From positions 129,005 through 193,004 of the forward strand of contig CAVTNG010000009.1 in the NCBI GenBank assembly GCA_963736015.1: a stretch of DNA of 64,000 nucleotides, in the 5' to 3' direction. Of this stretch, positions 1 to 11,208 are shown piece by piece (the first letter of the stretch is position 1; every line of letters starts with the position of its first letter). The position numbers and the translations under genes are program-made. The stretch comes from an uncultured Chloroflexia bacterium (lineage in GTDB: Bacteria > Chloroflexota > Dehalococcoidia > DSTF01 > JACRBR01). The notes under the pieces were generated by a model. The model was given only the letters and a program-made list of their open reading frames with translations. It was not told where the DNA came from and ran no database searches.

Positions 1-532
1 GCACCCGACCGCGTCGTCGCCGAGATGACCGTGCGCGAGGATCTGCACCGTGCCCGGCATCATGCACGGCGGAGCCATCATGGCCTTCGCCGACACGCTT
101 GGCGGCACTGCCACCGGCCAGAACCTGCCGAAGGGCGCCGGCACCACGACGATCGAGTCCAAAACCAACTTCTTCTCGCCCGCCCGCACGGGCGAGACGA
201 TCCGCGGTGAGTGCGTCGCCCTGCATCGCGGCAAGCGCACGATGGTGTGGCAGACTCGCGTCACCGCCCCCGGCGGCCGCGTCGTCGCGCTCGTGACACA
301 GACCCAGATCGTGCTCGAGCCGAAGCAGACGCCGCAGCAGCAGCTCGCCGGCCTCTTCGTCGGCATCGGGCTCGATGAACAGAAGGCGCTCCTCGCCCAG
401 CTCGAGCGCGCCGGCGCCGCCATGTACCGCACCTTCGCCGAGTCCGAGTCCGACGCCGCCGCCCGCGCCGCCCTCCTCGACTCCGCCCGCCGCGAAGAAG
501 AAAACGCCGAAGTACTCGAAGGTCAGGCGTAG
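1..532 (+). pseudogene. PaaI/4HBT hotdog-fold thioesterase; 5' end cut by window edge, apparent frame change near nt 45-55
   Basis: Frame 1 (nt 1-45) reads APDRVVAEMTVREDLH. Frame 2 continues PGIMHGGAIMAFADTLGG...ESKTNFFSPAR...LHRGKRTMVWQTRV (PaaI signature). Stop at 530-532. Confidence 0.7.
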
Positions 533-581
533 GGCGGCGCCCGCCCGGTTAGCGTCAATTCAACTTGCCGCGGGAGGCGCC

Positions 582-996
582 GTGATCCCCGACAACGTCC
601 GCTCTGTCATCAACTCTGGCCGCCTCGCCCATCTCGTCACGCTCAACCGTGACGGCAGCCCGCAGATGTCATGTGTGTGGGTTGGCATCGAGGACGATGA
701 CATCGTCGTCGGCCACCTGCGCACCGGCGTCAAGGTACCGCAACGCCCGCCGAGATCCGCGCGTCAGCCTCTCGATCGAGACAGAGAACGTGAACCCGAT
801 CGGCCTGCTCGAATACCTGGTCGTCCACGGCCGTGCCCGGATCACCGAGGGCGGCGCCCCCGAGCTGCTGCAGCGCCTCGCCCACGTCTACCTGGGCCCC
901 GACGTGAAGTTCCCGCCGATGCCCGACCCGCCGCCTGGCGTCGTCATCCGCATCACGCCCGAGCGCTACAGCGGCGTCGGCCCCTGGGCCATATAA
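582..996 (+). pseudogene. PPOX-class (pyridoxamine 5'-phosphate oxidase family) probable F420-dependent enzyme, frameshift near 737
   Basis: GTG 582 follows GGAGG. Frame 0 reads VIPDNVRSVINSGRLAHLVTLNRDGSPQMSCVWVG. Frame 1 continues YRNARRDPRVSLSIE...GVVIRITPERY. Length 415 nt = 3n+1. Confidence 0.7.
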
Positions 997-1049
997 CCCT
1001 CCGACAGGCCACCGTCGCCGCATCCGATGTACGCCGGGCGTCCCACTCC

Positions 1050-1859
1050 TCACCCCTCCAGCACCTTCCGCGGGTGCCGCCCGTCGACATAGCCCATGAA
1101 CGGCGGGTGGATGTTGTAGCCCAGCAGCTCCTGCAGCCGAGGGTCGAGCGTCTTTACGACGTCGCGCGGCACCGCCAGCACGTGGTTCTCCTGCTGCCGC
1201 AGCCACCCCGCGACGTACTCCAGGATCGTCCCCAGTCGGGGCTTCTGCGTCTGGTTCGCGCCGCCGCCGTGGAACACGCTCCCGGTGAAGAACATCACCG
1301 ATCCCGCCGGCATCTCCGCGCAGATCGTCGGCGTCGATGCATCGGGCCGCTGGTCCAGCCACTTGTGGCTGCCCGGCACCACGCGCGTCGCGCCGTTCGC
1401 TTCCGTGAAGTCGTCGAGCGCCCACATCGTGTTCAGCACGATCTCCCTGCCGCCGCGCGGCAGCGGGTAGATGCCGTTGTCCGTGTGCAGCACCTGCGCC
1501 GTCTCGCCCGGCCCGATCTGGATGCCCACTGGCGCGCTGAGCTGATAGCTCTGCCCCAGCACGCGGTCCAGCACGCCCAGGATCAGCGGATGCGTCGCCG
1601 GCCCATCGAACGCGCGCGTCTTCGCGAACAGCGCGTAGATGCGCTGCGTCTTGAACCCCTCGAAGTCGTTGCGGCCCGTCGGCGTCTCCTGCAGCACGCG
1701 CGTCAGCTCCGCCCGCTTCGCCGCAGCCTCCTCGCGCGAGAGCACCCCCTCCACGACGGCGTACCCGTCGCGGTCCAGCGCCTCCGCAACATCATCCGCC
1801 GTCGCCGCCGATGTCAGAGCCGTGCGCCATGCGTCACCTCCGATCTCAGCCGCCATCAT
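1050..1859 (-). CDS. phytanoyl-CoA dioxygenase (PhyH) family Fe(II)/2-oxoglutarate oxygenase
   Basis: 269-aa ORF from ATGATG at 1859 inside the longer track ORF 1050..2318. Motifs: QVLHTDNGIYP, GATRVVPGSHKW, VFHGGGAN. Confidence 0.8.
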   Translation of the reverse strand: MMAAEIGGDAWRTALTSAATADDVAEALDRDGYAVVEGVLSREEAAAKRAELTRVLQETPTGRNDFEGFKTQRIYALFAKTRAFDGPATHPLILGVLDRVLGQSYQLSAPVGIQIGPGETAQVLHTDNGIYPLPRGGREIVLNTMWALDDFTEANGATRVVPGSHKWLDQRPDASTPTICAEMPAGSVMFFTGSVFHGGGANQTQKPRLGTILEYVAGWLRQQENHVLAVPRDVVKTLDPRLQELLGYNIHPPFMGYVDGRHPRKVLEG

Positions 1860-1933
1860 CTCACATGCACCCCTATCGCGAAGCTGTCGGCCATGCCGCT
1901 TCCCGCGTCTCGCTTCTCGTTTCCCACTTCGCC

Positions 1934-3259
1934 TCACACCTCGTACGCCCGCGCCGCCTCCGCCCGAAGCTCCGCCCGGAAATCCGGGTGCGCAATCCCG
2001 GTGATCTCCTCGATCCGCCGCCGCAGCGTCGCTCCACGCACCCGCGCGATGCCGTACTCCGTGACGATGATGTCCGCGTACCCGCGCGGCACGGTCACCG
2101 CGCTGCCCATCGGCATCATCGCCACGATGCGCGAACGGCGCTCGCCATCCACCACGCTCGTCGAGGGCAGCACGGTGACGCTGCGGCCGTTCTTTGCATG
2201 CATCGCTCCGATCGCGAAGGCAAAGGCGCCGCCCGTCCCGCTGTAGATCCGCGGCCCGATCGTCTCGCCGTTGATCTGTCCCGTCGCATCGACGAACAGC
2301 GCGTTGTTCACAGCGCACATGTTCTCGTGCGCCGCGATCACCTGGATGTCGTTCGTGTGGCTCATGCAGTACAGCTCGTACCGCATGTCGCCGTCGACCG
2401 CCGCAAACTCCTCCGCGCTCAGCGGCCCGAACGAAGCCCCGACGATCTTGCCCGCATGCACCGTCTTCCGCGCGCCCGTCACGACGCCCGCATCGACCAG
2501 CGCCGGTATACCGCCGAAGATGAGCTCCGAGTGCACACCCAGGTCGCGCCGATGCGACAGGAACGGCGCGAGACCGGCCGACACCGTCCCCGTGCCCAGC
2601 TGAAACGTGTCGCCGTCCTCGATCACCTCCGACGCCACCAGCGAGCAGATCACCGCCGCGATCTCGCTCTCCTCATCGCTCGGCGCCGGGCGCCGCAGGA
2701 ACTTCCACGCCGGCGGCGCCTCCACCAGGCGCTCGAACGCCGACACGTGGATGCGGTTGTCGCCGCCCGTGCGGATCAGCCGCTCGTTCACTTCCCCGAT
2801 GACGTGCGCCGCCTCGCGCGCGACCTCGGGCGCCCCCCACACGCTCATCCCAAAGCTGCACCAGCCTTCGGCATCCGGCGGCGAGACGCTGACCAGGAAT
2901 ACGTCCGGTGCGCGGTCCAGCCAGTAACTGCGGTCCTCTCGCGTCGGCGGCGCGATGACGTAATCAAGCAGCCCTTTGCGCATCGCGGGCCGGTCGCCCG
3001 CCTGCAGGAAGAACGACCGCACGTCGAAGCTGTTCGGCGCATCACCGTCCCACCACGAGATGAAGGTGGCGATCGAGTTCTCGATCTCGACGTCGCTCAG
3101 CTCGTCCGCGCGCGCCGCCAGCGCCCGGCAGAGCGCCAGCGGCGTCTGGTAGTGCATGCCGATGACGACGCGGTCGCCGCTGCGCACCACGCGCACCGCC
3201 TCCTCGGGCGTCGTCAGTTTCGAGGCATATCGCTCGCGCCAGTTAGTCTCGAAGTCCAT
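1934..3259 (-). CDS. acetyl-CoA hydrolase/transferase family protein (4-hydroxybutyrate CoA-transferase-like)
   Basis: Track ORF 1934..3277, with ATG at 3259 (MDFETNWRERY) preferred over GTG 3277. Family motifs GTGTVSAGLAP and YSGTGGAFAFAIGA. Confidence 0.8.
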   Translation of the reverse strand: MDFETNWRERYASKLTTPEEAVRVVRSGDRVVIGMHYQTPLALCRALAARADELSDVEIENSIATFISWWDGDAPNSFDVRSFFLQAGDRPAMRKGLLDYVIAPPTREDRSYWLDRAPDVFLVSVSPPDAEGWCSFGMSVWGAPEVAREAAHVIGEVNERLIRTGGDNRIHVSAFERLVEAPPAWKFLRRPAPSDEESEIAAVICSLVASEVIEDGDTFQLGTGTVSAGLAPFLSHRRDLGVHSELIFGGIPALVDAGVVTGARKTVHAGKIVGASFGPLSAEEFAAVDGDMRYELYCMSHTNDIQVIAAHENMCAVNNALFVDATGQINGETIGPRIYSGTGGAFAFAIGAMHAKNGRSVTVLPSTSVVDGERRSRIVAMMPMGSAVTVPRGYADIIVTEYGIARVRGATLRRRIEEITGIAHPDFRAELRAEAARAYEV

Positions 3260-3301
3260 CGTGGCAGAGGCTAACACACAGCCGCCGCGCGGTCGGATGA
3301 C

Positions 3302-3763
3302 TTAGGCCTCGCGTTCGAGATCTCCCGGCAGCGGCCGCTGCGGCGGCGTCTCCGGCGTCACCGCCACGACGTTGAGCGTGTGCGGGAAGTAGTCGACCAC
3401 CACGCGCATTCCCTCGTCCACCATGACGTAGTCGTGCGGGTCGATGCGGAACATCTTGCGGTTCAGCGCGATGTAGTAGCTCTGCCAGGCGATGATCAGG
3501 TCCGCCTTCTGCCACTTCTTCGCGATCGCGCCCTCCGTCCGCGCCATCGGATGGGTCAGGTCGCGTATGTGCTGCAGCATCTGGAACGCGAACAGCAGCC
3601 CGATGCCGCCCACAACCGCGATCGTGATAAACGCCGCGTTCGAAGCCCGGTTCATGAACACGAGCACGCAGATCGTGATCGCAACAGCCGTCAGCGCCAG
3701 GTAGAGCAACACGCCGCGCCGCAGACCGCCTCTGCCGCGCGCTTCGCCATCGGTCGCCTGCAT
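3302..3763 (-). CDS. hypothetical membrane protein
   Basis: 153-aa ORF with two hydrophobic helices (LLYLALTAVAITICVLVF, AFITIAVVGGIGLLFAF). No recognisable family. Confidence 0.5.
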   Translation of the reverse strand: MQATDGEARGRGGLRRGVLLYLALTAVAITICVLVFMNRASNAAFITIAVVGGIGLLFAFQMLQHIRDLTHPMARTEGAIAKKWQKADLIIAWQSYYIALNRKMFRIDPHDYVMVDEGMRVVVDYFPHTLNVVAVTPETPPQRPLPGDLEREA

Positions 3764-3772
3764 GCGCTCAGC

Positions 3773-4435
3773 CTATTGCACGGGCTTCGGTAGCAGCACG
3801 ATCTGCCCGACCTGGATGTTGGGGTTGTCGTAGTCCCAGCCGTTGAGCGTCGCGATCGCGTGCATGAAAGCGATGATGTCGTCGCCCACCGGCACATACT
3901 GCTGGGCAATGCCGAACAGCGAGTCGCCGTCCTGCGCCGTGTACTCGATGAACGGCTGCTCGGTCCCGCTCGCCGTCGCGGTGCCGGATGCCGGGGGCGT
4001 CCCCGTCGTCGATGCTGCCGGAGTCCCCGTCTCGCCTGCCGATGCCGTGCCGGTCTCACCCGCACCCGGCGTCCCGCCACCTGCCGTGCTCGATGCCGCG
4101 GCCGCCGCTGCAGTCGCGCTCGCGCCCGGCGTCGCTGCCGCCACCGTCGGCTCCGTCTTACCGCCCGATGCCGTCGGCGTCGGTCCTCGGTTGCCGACGA
4201 CGACCGGAGGCGCGCCCTTCGTCTCTCCCGGTGGGCGCAGCAGCAGGAACACCGCCAGCGCCGTGCCGACGAGCATCACCAGCAGCGCACCGCGGTACAG
4301 GTTGAACGAGGGCATCGCGCTCGCCGGCTTCAGGCAGTCGGCGCAATACGAAGCGTTGCCGTGGTCTTCGCAGTACGGCTTTGCGCAGCGCTTGCAGGCG
4401 TTGATCGCCGGCTCTTCGCAGGAGTAGCAGTCCAC
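3773..4435 (-). CDS. membrane-anchored LysM domain protein with N-terminal Cys-rich zinc-ribbon-like motif
   Basis: MDCYSCEEPAINACKRCAKPYCEDHGNASYCADC, then a TM helix and an Ala/Thr/Gly/Pro low-complexity linker. C-terminal LysM: YTAQDGDSLFGIAQQY...IQVGQIVLLP. Confidence 0.7.
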   Translation of the reverse strand: MDCYSCEEPAINACKRCAKPYCEDHGNASYCADCLKPASAMPSFNLYRGALLVMLVGTALAVFLLLRPPGETKGAPPVVVGNRGPTPTASGGKTEPTVAAATPGASATAAAAAASSTAGGGTPGAGETGTASAGETGTPAASTTGTPPASGTATASGTEQPFIEYTAQDGDSLFGIAQQYVPVGDDIIAFMHAIATLNGWDYDNPNIQVGQIVLLPKPVQ

Positions 4436-4504
4436 AGCGGGCCTAATGATACACCCCGCCCACCGCCCGATTCAGACGTTGGGCCAGGGACGAATCTCGC
4501 CTGC

Positions 4505-4894
4505 TTACGCCAGCTCGACCGCGGCGCCCGCTTCGGTGAGCTTCGTCTTCACCGCTTCTGCCTCGTCCTTGGCGATGCCCTCCTTCACGTTTACGGGCGC
4601 GCTCTCGACCAGGTCCTTCGCTTCCTTCAGGCCCAGCGTCGTCACCTCGCGCACAGCCTTGATGACGTTGATTTTGTTCGCGCCAGCGTCCTTGAGGACG
4701 ACGTTGAACTCCGTCTTCTCCTCTTCCACCGCCGCGGCCGCACCGCCGCCGCCACCCGCTGCGGGCGCCGCCATCATCATCGCCGGCGCCGCCGCCGTGA
4801 TGCCGAACTCGTCCTCGATCTTCTTGTTCAGATCGCGCAGCTCGAGGATCGTCATCCCCTTGATGATGTCAAACGCCTCTTCAACCTTCGCCAT
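4505..4894 (-). CDS. rplL: 50S ribosomal protein L7/L12
   Basis: 129-aa ORF with [31 protein letters not shown]...[27 protein letters not shown]. Confidence 0.97.
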   Translation of the reverse strand: MAKVEEAFDIIKGMTILELRDLNKKIEDEFGITAAAPAMMMAAPAAGGGGGAAAAVEEEKTEFNVVLKDAGANKINVIKAVREVTTLGLKEAKDLVESAPVNVKEGIAKDEAEAVKTKLTEAGAAVELA

Positions 4895-4925
4895 GTGATC
4901 GCTCCTTCCACCCGCCGCAGCGGGT

Positions 4926-5462
4926 CTATGCCTCTGCCGATGTCTCTTCCAGCTGCGCCGCCCGCGCCTCCATGAGCCGCGCGAACGACTGCATGCTGTC
5001 GTTGATCATGTTCGCGAACGTCTGCACCTGCGAGATGAAGACGCCCGCCAGCTTGCCGATCAGCTCCTCGCGCGACGGCAGGCTCGCCAGCTCGCTGACG
5101 ACGCTCCCCGCGACGACCTGGCCGTCCATGTATGCCTTCCTCGGCGCGAAGGTATTGCGCGCGGCCCGCACGTATTCCTGGATCGCCTTCGCCGGCGCCA
5201 CGATGTCGCCGTGCCCGAAGATCACCATCGTTGGCCCCTCGACGACCTCGCCCGCCGCCTCTGCACCGGCCTGCGTCGCCGCGATCTGGAACAGCCGGTT
5301 CTTCACCACCCGCGCCTGCACGCCGGCGTCACGCAACGCGCGCCTCAGTTGCGTCATCTCCTTCACCGACAATCCGCGGTACTCAGCGCCGATGACGATC
5401 GTCGCGCCGTCCATCAGCGCCTTCAACTCGGCGACATTCGCCTCTTTCCTCGCTGTGGGCAT
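4926..5462 (-). CDS. rplJ: 50S ribosomal protein L10
   Basis: Start at internal ATG 5462 ([19 protein letters not shown]) preceded by GGAGGTGACG. Lies directly upstream of rplL. Confidence 0.93.
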   Translation of the reverse strand: MPTARKEANVAELKALMDGATIVIGAEYRGLSVKEMTQLRRALRDAGVQARVVKNRLFQIAATQAGAEAAGEVVEGPTMVIFGHGDIVAPAKAIQEYVRAARNTFAPRKAYMDGQVVAGSVVSELASLPSREELIGKLAGVFISQVQTFANMINDSMQSFARLMEARAAQLEETSAEA

Positions 5463-5700
5463 CGTCACCTCCGTGACAACAACAAACCCCTGCCATCGGG
5501 ACAGGGGCGCACGCGCGAAACGACCGCCACGCGGGCGATCGATGTTCGACTCACGTATTGCGCCTCGGCAGGCTGTGATTATGGCCCGAAGGTTGCCGAA
5601 GGAACCCGAAGGCACGCCTGCTGTCTCTGGCGTCCGAAGTGTACCGAGCCGGTCCAACGCCGGCAAACGCAGGATGCGCCCCGCGTGCTCGCCCCGTAGC
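5463..5700 (-). promoter_or_regulatory. rplJ 5' leader with terminator-like hairpin (candidate L10-leader attenuator)
   Basis: Minus-strand CCCCTG-N9-CAGGGG hairpin (5487-5507) followed by TTTGTTGTTGT, just before the rplJ RBS. Three CTTCGG motifs lie upstream. Confidence 0.35.
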
Positions 5701-5746
5701 ATGTCGCTGTCGACGCGTGTCCACGCGCCCCAGGAGTAACCGCCAC

Positions 5747-6881
5747 ATGACCACCCACATCGTCGTCTGCGGCGCCGGCTTCGGCGGCCTCGAGCTTAGC
5801 GCGCGCCTCTCCGCCGCCTTCGGCGAACAGGTCCAGGTCACGCTCATCGACAAGAGCGATGGCTTCGTCTTCGGCTTCTCGAAGTTCGAGCTCATGTTCG
5901 GGCGCCAGGAGCGCGCGGCCGTCACATCGAGCTACGCCAGCATCAACAAGCCCGGCGTTACCTTCCGCCAGGAGCTCGATCACGTCGATCGATCCCACCG
6001 CGCGTCGTGTCATCACCGATGGCGGCACCTACGACGCCGACATCCTCGTCGTCGGCCTCGGCGCCGACTACGACGTGAACGCCATCCCGGGCTTCACTGA
6101 AGGCGCGCGCGAGTTCTACTCCGTCGATGGCGCGAACGCCCTGCGCGACGTCCTACCCGACGTCACGTCCGGCCACGTCGTCGTCGCCGTCATGCGCGAG
6201 CCGTTCAAGTGCCCGCCCGCCCCCTGCGAGGCCGCGATGCTCCTCGACCAGTACTTCACCGAGCGCGGCGTCCGCGATGCCATCGGCATCAGCGTCGTCT
6301 CACCGTGGGCAATCCCCATCCCGGCGACTCGTCCCGCGTCCGAGGCCATCCTTGAGCGATTCCGGGAGCGCCGCATCGATTGGGTCCCGCAACAGACCGT
6401 TGAGTCCATTGACGCCCGCGCGAAGTCCATGCGCCTCCGCGACGGCTCGAACTTCGCGTACGATTTCCTGCTCGGCATCCCGGTGCACCGCGTGCCGAAC
6501 GTGGTCGAGGAGTCGGGGCTCCCCGAGAACGGCTCGATCCCCGTCGAGAAGACGAGCCTCGCGACGCGCTTCCCCGACGTCTACGCCATCGGCGACGTCA
6601 CGAGCGCGCCCGTCCCCAAGGCCGGCATCTTCGCCGAGAGCGCTGGCCGCGCCGTCGCGGAACACATCATCGTCCGCCTGCGCGACTCCGGCGAGGCCAG
6701 GCCGTACGACGGCGCCGGATCCTGCTTCATCGAGTTCGGTGACGACACCGTCGGCCGCGTCGACGTCGATTTCCTCACCGGCCCCTCCGTCACAGCCCCG
6801 TTCATCCCACCGTCCCTCGACGGCACCGCCGAGAAGAAGCAGTTCGGCGCCTCCCGCCGCGCCCTGTGGTTCGGCAGCTGA
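5747..6881 (+). pseudogene. FAD-dependent pyridine nucleotide-disulfide oxidoreductase (sulfide:quinone oxidoreductase/NDH-2-like), frameshift near 5970
   Basis: ATG 5747 follows AGGAG. N-terminus MTTHIVVCGAGFGGLE (Rossmann GxGxxG) in frame 2. Frame 0 continues ITSIDPTARRVITDGG...VYAIGDV. Length 1135 = 3n+1. Confidence 0.75.
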
Positions 6882-6897
6882 CGCGAGCGCAGCGCGT

Positions 6898-6945
6898 GTC
6901 ATCCCGTGCGCGCGCCATGTCATTCCGAGCGCAGCCCGAGGAATC
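6898..6945. repeat. dispersed intergenic repeat family A (GTCATCCYGAGCG...), half unit plus full unit
   Basis: gtcatcccgtgcgcgcgccat + gtcattccgagcgcagcccgaggaatc. Related copies at 33041, 38256 and 39132. Confidence 0.6.
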
Positions 6946-7028
6946 TCAGCGGCCTCGGCAATCCGCGACCGGCCCGCCTCGCGCCCCACGCGACCCCTCG
7001 TGCACCACGCACCCGGCAGCGAGCAGCC

Positions 7029-7057
7029 CAACAAAACGGCCCGCACAAGCGGGCCGC
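7029..7057 (-). terminator. rho-independent terminator downstream of rplA
   Basis: CGGCCCGC-ACAA-GCGGGCCG hairpin (7038-7057). On the minus strand it is followed by TTTTGTTGGG. Sits 39 nt past the rplA stop. Confidence 0.6.
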
Positions 7058-7095
7058 TACTGAATCACTGAACAACTGAACAACTGACCGACTCC

Positions 7096-7806
7096 CTACC
7101 CCGCCTTCATCGCCATCGCCGGCGCCGGGTCCACCCGCACTCCCGGCCCCATCGTCGTCGTCAGCGTGATCGTCTTGATGAACTGGCCCTTGCCGCCCGT
7201 CGGCTTCGACTTCACGATCTCCGACATCAGCATTGCCATGTTCTCTTCGAGCGCAGCTTCGCTGAAGCTCACCTTCCCGATCGGCACGTGGATGATCGCC
7301 GTGCGGTCCAGCCGGAACTCCACCCGCCCCTGGCGCGCGTCGTTCACGGCCTTGGCCATGTCAGCGCCCTCGACCACCGTGCCCGAGCGCGGGTTCGGCA
7401 TCAGCCCCTTCGGGCCCAGCACGCGACCCAGCCGCCCGACCTTGCCCATCAAACTGCGCTCGGCCAGCGCGACGTCGAACTCCGTGTAGCCGCCTTCGAC
7501 CTTCTTCATCAGCTCGTCGCCGCCCACCTCGTCCGCGCCGGCCTCCGTCGCCAGCCGCGCCGCCTCGCCCTCGGCGAAGACGAGCACCCGCACGGTCTTG
7601 CCCAGCCCGTGCGGGAGCAGCGCCGTGCCGCGGATCTGCTGGTCCGCGTGCCGCGGGTCCAGACCCGTCCGCAGGTGCAGCTCGACCGTCTCGTCGAACT
7701 TCACGAACGAAGCCTCTTTCGCCAGCTTGATCGCCTCGTCCGGCGGATACAGCTTCTCCGGCTCGATGAGCTTCGACTTCTCTGTGTACTTCTTCCCGCG
7801 CTTCAT
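7096..7806 (-). CDS. rplA: 50S ribosomal protein L1
   Basis: 236-aa ORF with [20 protein letters not shown]...[18 protein letters not shown]. Confidence 0.97.
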   Translation of the reverse strand: MKRGKKYTEKSKLIEPEKLYPPDEAIKLAKEASFVKFDETVELHLRTGLDPRHADQQIRGTALLPHGLGKTVRVLVFAEGEAARLATEAGADEVGGDELMKKVEGGYTEFDVALAERSLMGKVGRLGRVLGPKGLMPNPRSGTVVEGADMAKAVNDARQGRVEFRLDRTAIIHVPIGKVSFSEAALEENMAMLMSEIVKSKPTGGKGQFIKTITLTTTMGPGVRVDPAPAMAMKAG

Positions 7807-7926
7807 TCCTCGTGCTCCTTACTCCGGCGGCGTCTCCCTTGCGGGCCGAGGCGACCTACTTCCGTTTCGGTCTCCGTCGCCGGGCTACTTCGTGTCCACA
7901 GATGGACACGTAATGACGCGTCTTGA

Positions 7927-8349
7927 CTAGCTGACCTCGATGCCCATGCTGCGGGCCGTGCCCTCGACCATGCGGATCGCGGCATCGATGTCGTTCGCGT
8001 TCAGGTCCTTCATCTTGATCTCGGCGATCTTCTGCAGCTCGGCGCGGGAAAGCGTCCCGACCTTCTCGCGCTTCTGCGCGCGGCTGCCCTTCTCCAGCCC
8101 GGCCGCCTTCTTCAGCAGGTCCGATGCCGGCGGCGTCTTCAGCACGAACGAGAACGAGCGGTCCTCGTACACCGTGATCTCCGCCGGCACGATCGTCCCC
8201 GCCTGGCTCGATGTCTTCTCGTTGTACTCCTTGCAGAAGCCCATGATGTTGATGCCGTGCTGGCCCAGCGCCGGTCCCACCGGCGGCGCGGGGTTCGCCT
8301 TCCCCGCCTCGATCTGCAGCGTCAGCATCGCCCGTATCTTCTTTGCCAT
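7927..8349 (-). CDS. rplK: 50S ribosomal protein L11
   Basis: 140-aa ORF with [43 protein letters not shown]. Confidence 0.97.
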   Translation of the reverse strand: MAKKIRAMLTLQIEAGKANPAPPVGPALGQHGINIMGFCKEYNEKTSSQAGTIVPAEITVYEDRSFSFVLKTPPASDLLKKAAGLEKGSRAQKREKVGTLSRAELQKIAEIKMKDLNANDIDAAIRMVEGTARSMGIEVS

Positions 8350-8465
8350 CGTTCAGTTCTCCATCCGCCGTGCCGTGCGTGCGGCTTCGCCTCGCATACA
8401 CAGCGAAGCCTCGCCCGCGGCGAGGCATCTTACTCCGTCCCTGCGCCCGCAGGTAGCGCGCCGCC

Positions 8466-9110
8466 CTAGAGCCGCTCGACCTGCAGGAAGTCCAGCTCGA
8501 TCGGCGTCTCGCGCCCGAACATGTTCACCAGGATCTTCACCTTCCCCTTCTCGAGGTTGATGTCGTCCACGGTGCCCGTGAAGTCCTGGAACGGCCCATC
8601 GACAATGCGCACGTTCTGCCCGACCTGGAACCCGACTTTGACCTTCGGCGCTTCGACGCGCATCTGGCGCAGGATGCGCTTCACCTCCGGCGGCTCCAGC
8701 GGCACTGGCCGCGTGCCCGAGCCCACGAATCCCGTCACACCCGGCGTGTTCCGCACGACGAACCACGCCCGGCTCGACTCGATGTCGTCTTCCTTCAGCT
8801 CGATCATCTGAGTCAGCACATAGCCCGGGAAGATCTTCCGCGCCACGGTGCGCCGCTGGCCGTCGCGGATCTCGATCTCGTCCTCGGTCGGGATCACCAC
8901 CTGGAAGATCAGGTCCTTCGCGTCCATCGTCTGGATGCGGTGCTCCAGGTTCGTCTTTACCTTGTTCTCGTACCCGGAGTACGTGTGGATCACGTACCAC
9001 GCGCGGCCCTCCTGGATCGCCTCATCTTCGGGCGATGCCGGTGGGTTGCCATCGGCATCCAGGGCTGGCTCGACGGCGACCTGCGCGGTGGCCTTGCCTT
9101 TACGCGCCAC
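8466..9110 (-). CDS. nusG: transcription termination/antitermination factor NusG
   Basis: 214-aa ORF with WYVIHTYSGYENKVKTNLE...KVGFQVGQNVRIVDGPFQDFTGTV (NGN + KOW). secE-nusG-rplK synteny. Confidence 0.95.
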   Translation of the reverse strand: MARKGKATAQVAVEPALDADGNPPASPEDEAIQEGRAWYVIHTYSGYENKVKTNLEHRIQTMDAKDLIFQVVIPTEDEIEIRDGQRRTVARKIFPGYVLTQMIELKEDDIESSRAWFVVRNTPGVTGFVGSGTRPVPLEPPEVKRILRQMRVEAPKVKVGFQVGQNVRIVDGPFQDFTGTVDDINLEKGKVKILVNMFGRETPIELDFLQVERL

Positions 9111-9111
9111 C

Positions 9112-9438
9112 CTATTGCCTCAACAGCGTGTGATCGACGAGCCAGTTGAAGAAGATGTCGATGCCGCCCAGCGCCATTCCGATTGCCGCCGATACGACGA
9201 TCACGGCGATCGTCAGCCGCAGCGTCTCCTCCCGCGTCGGCCACGTGACCTTCTTCAGCTCGCTGACAATGTCGCGGAAGTAGCGGACGATCGGGTCGTA
9301 AAAGTGCTTCGGCCGCGCCGTCTCGGCTGCGGCCGCTGACTGCTGCTTCGGCGCAGGGCGCGCGCCCGAAGGCCGGAACGAAGGCGTCTTCGACGGCGGC
9401 TTCTGTACGAGCGACTGCCGGCGCATTGCGCGGCTCAT
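9112..9438 (-). CDS. secE: preprotein translocase subunit SecE
   Basis: 108-aa ORF. C-terminus has FRDIVSELKKVTWPTREETLRLTIAVIVVSAAIGMALGGID. Lies between rpmG and nusG. Confidence 0.9.
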   Translation of the reverse strand: MSRAMRRQSLVQKPPSKTPSFRPSGARPAPKQQSAAAAETARPKHFYDPIVRYFRDIVSELKKVTWPTREETLRLTIAVIVVSAAIGMALGGIDIFFNWLVDHTLLRQ

Positions 9439-9456
9439 GCTGCTCTCTCTCCCTGC

Positions 9457-9621
9457 CTACCGCACCTCGCGGTGGGCCCGGTGGATGCGGCACCTGGGGC
9501 AGAACTTGCTCAGCTCCAGGCGGTCTGGGTCGTTGCGGCGGTTCTTGCTCGTCGTGTACGTACGCTCCTTGCACTCCGTGCAGGCGAGCGTGATGATCTG
9601 CCGGTCTTCCTTCTTCGCCAT
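9457..9621 (-). CDS. rpmG: 50S ribosomal protein L33
   Basis: Not in the ORF track (54 aa). Hand translation: [54 protein letters not shown]. Confidence 0.9.
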   Translation of the reverse strand: MAKKEDRQIITLACTECKERTYTTSKNRRNDPDRLELSKFCPRCRIHRAHREVR

Positions 9622-9724
9622 CTATTCCTCGCGGGCCCTCGACCCGCCGCCGTTCGCGGCCGCCATGCGCGCGTAGGCACCGCCCTACAGTCTATATCGG
9701 GCGGGGCGGGCCCTGCGGCAATGC

Positions 9725-10925
<1,201 letters not shown>

Positions 10926-11060
10926 CGCCTCGCTACTCCTTCTCCGCCCGATCCGCGGGCACGCTGCTCATGACTGCGTATGCCGGAGCGCCGCGCGCTC
11001 TGTGTCTCTGACGTCCTGCGAACCGGCGGCATACGGCCTGTCGAGGGACGATAATCCGGC

Positions 11061-11136
11061 TGGAGCCCACAATCGGATTTGAACCGATGACCTCACCCTT
11101 ACCAAGGGTGTGCTCTGCCAACTGAGCTATGTGGGC
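11061..11136 (-). tRNA. tRNA-Thr (anticodon GGT), CCA encoded
   Basis: Reverse complement GCCCACATAGCTCAGTTGGCAGAGCACACCCTTGGTAAGGGTGAGGTCATCGGTTCAAATCCGATTGTGGGCTCCA folds as a cloverleaf. Anticodon loop is TTGGTAA. Confidence 0.9.
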
Positions 11137-11208
11137 ATCGGTCTCTGTGGTCCGCGCCCGCCTGCCCTCCCGCTGCGAGCGCCGATCCAGCCCACCGTTG
11201 AACTCCTG

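Noticed and set aside
375-2246. 623-aa plus-strand ORF spanning the PPOX gene and the antisense of the PhyH gene
   Set aside because: Arg/Pro/Ala-rich, with no motifs. It overlaps well-supported genes in other frames or on the other strand, which is a typical high-GC shadow ORF. Only its first ~120 codons after GTG 582 are real (PPOX N-terminus).
6866-7063. 65-aa ORF in the rplA-oxidoreductase spacer
   Set aside because: It is composed of the family A repeat and the terminator hairpin. It has no RBS and no coding-like composition.
11137-11208. Possible third tRNA in the 72-nt spacer between the two tRNA-Thr genes
   Set aside because: No GTTCGAATC-like T-loop and no acceptor-stem complementarity on either strand.
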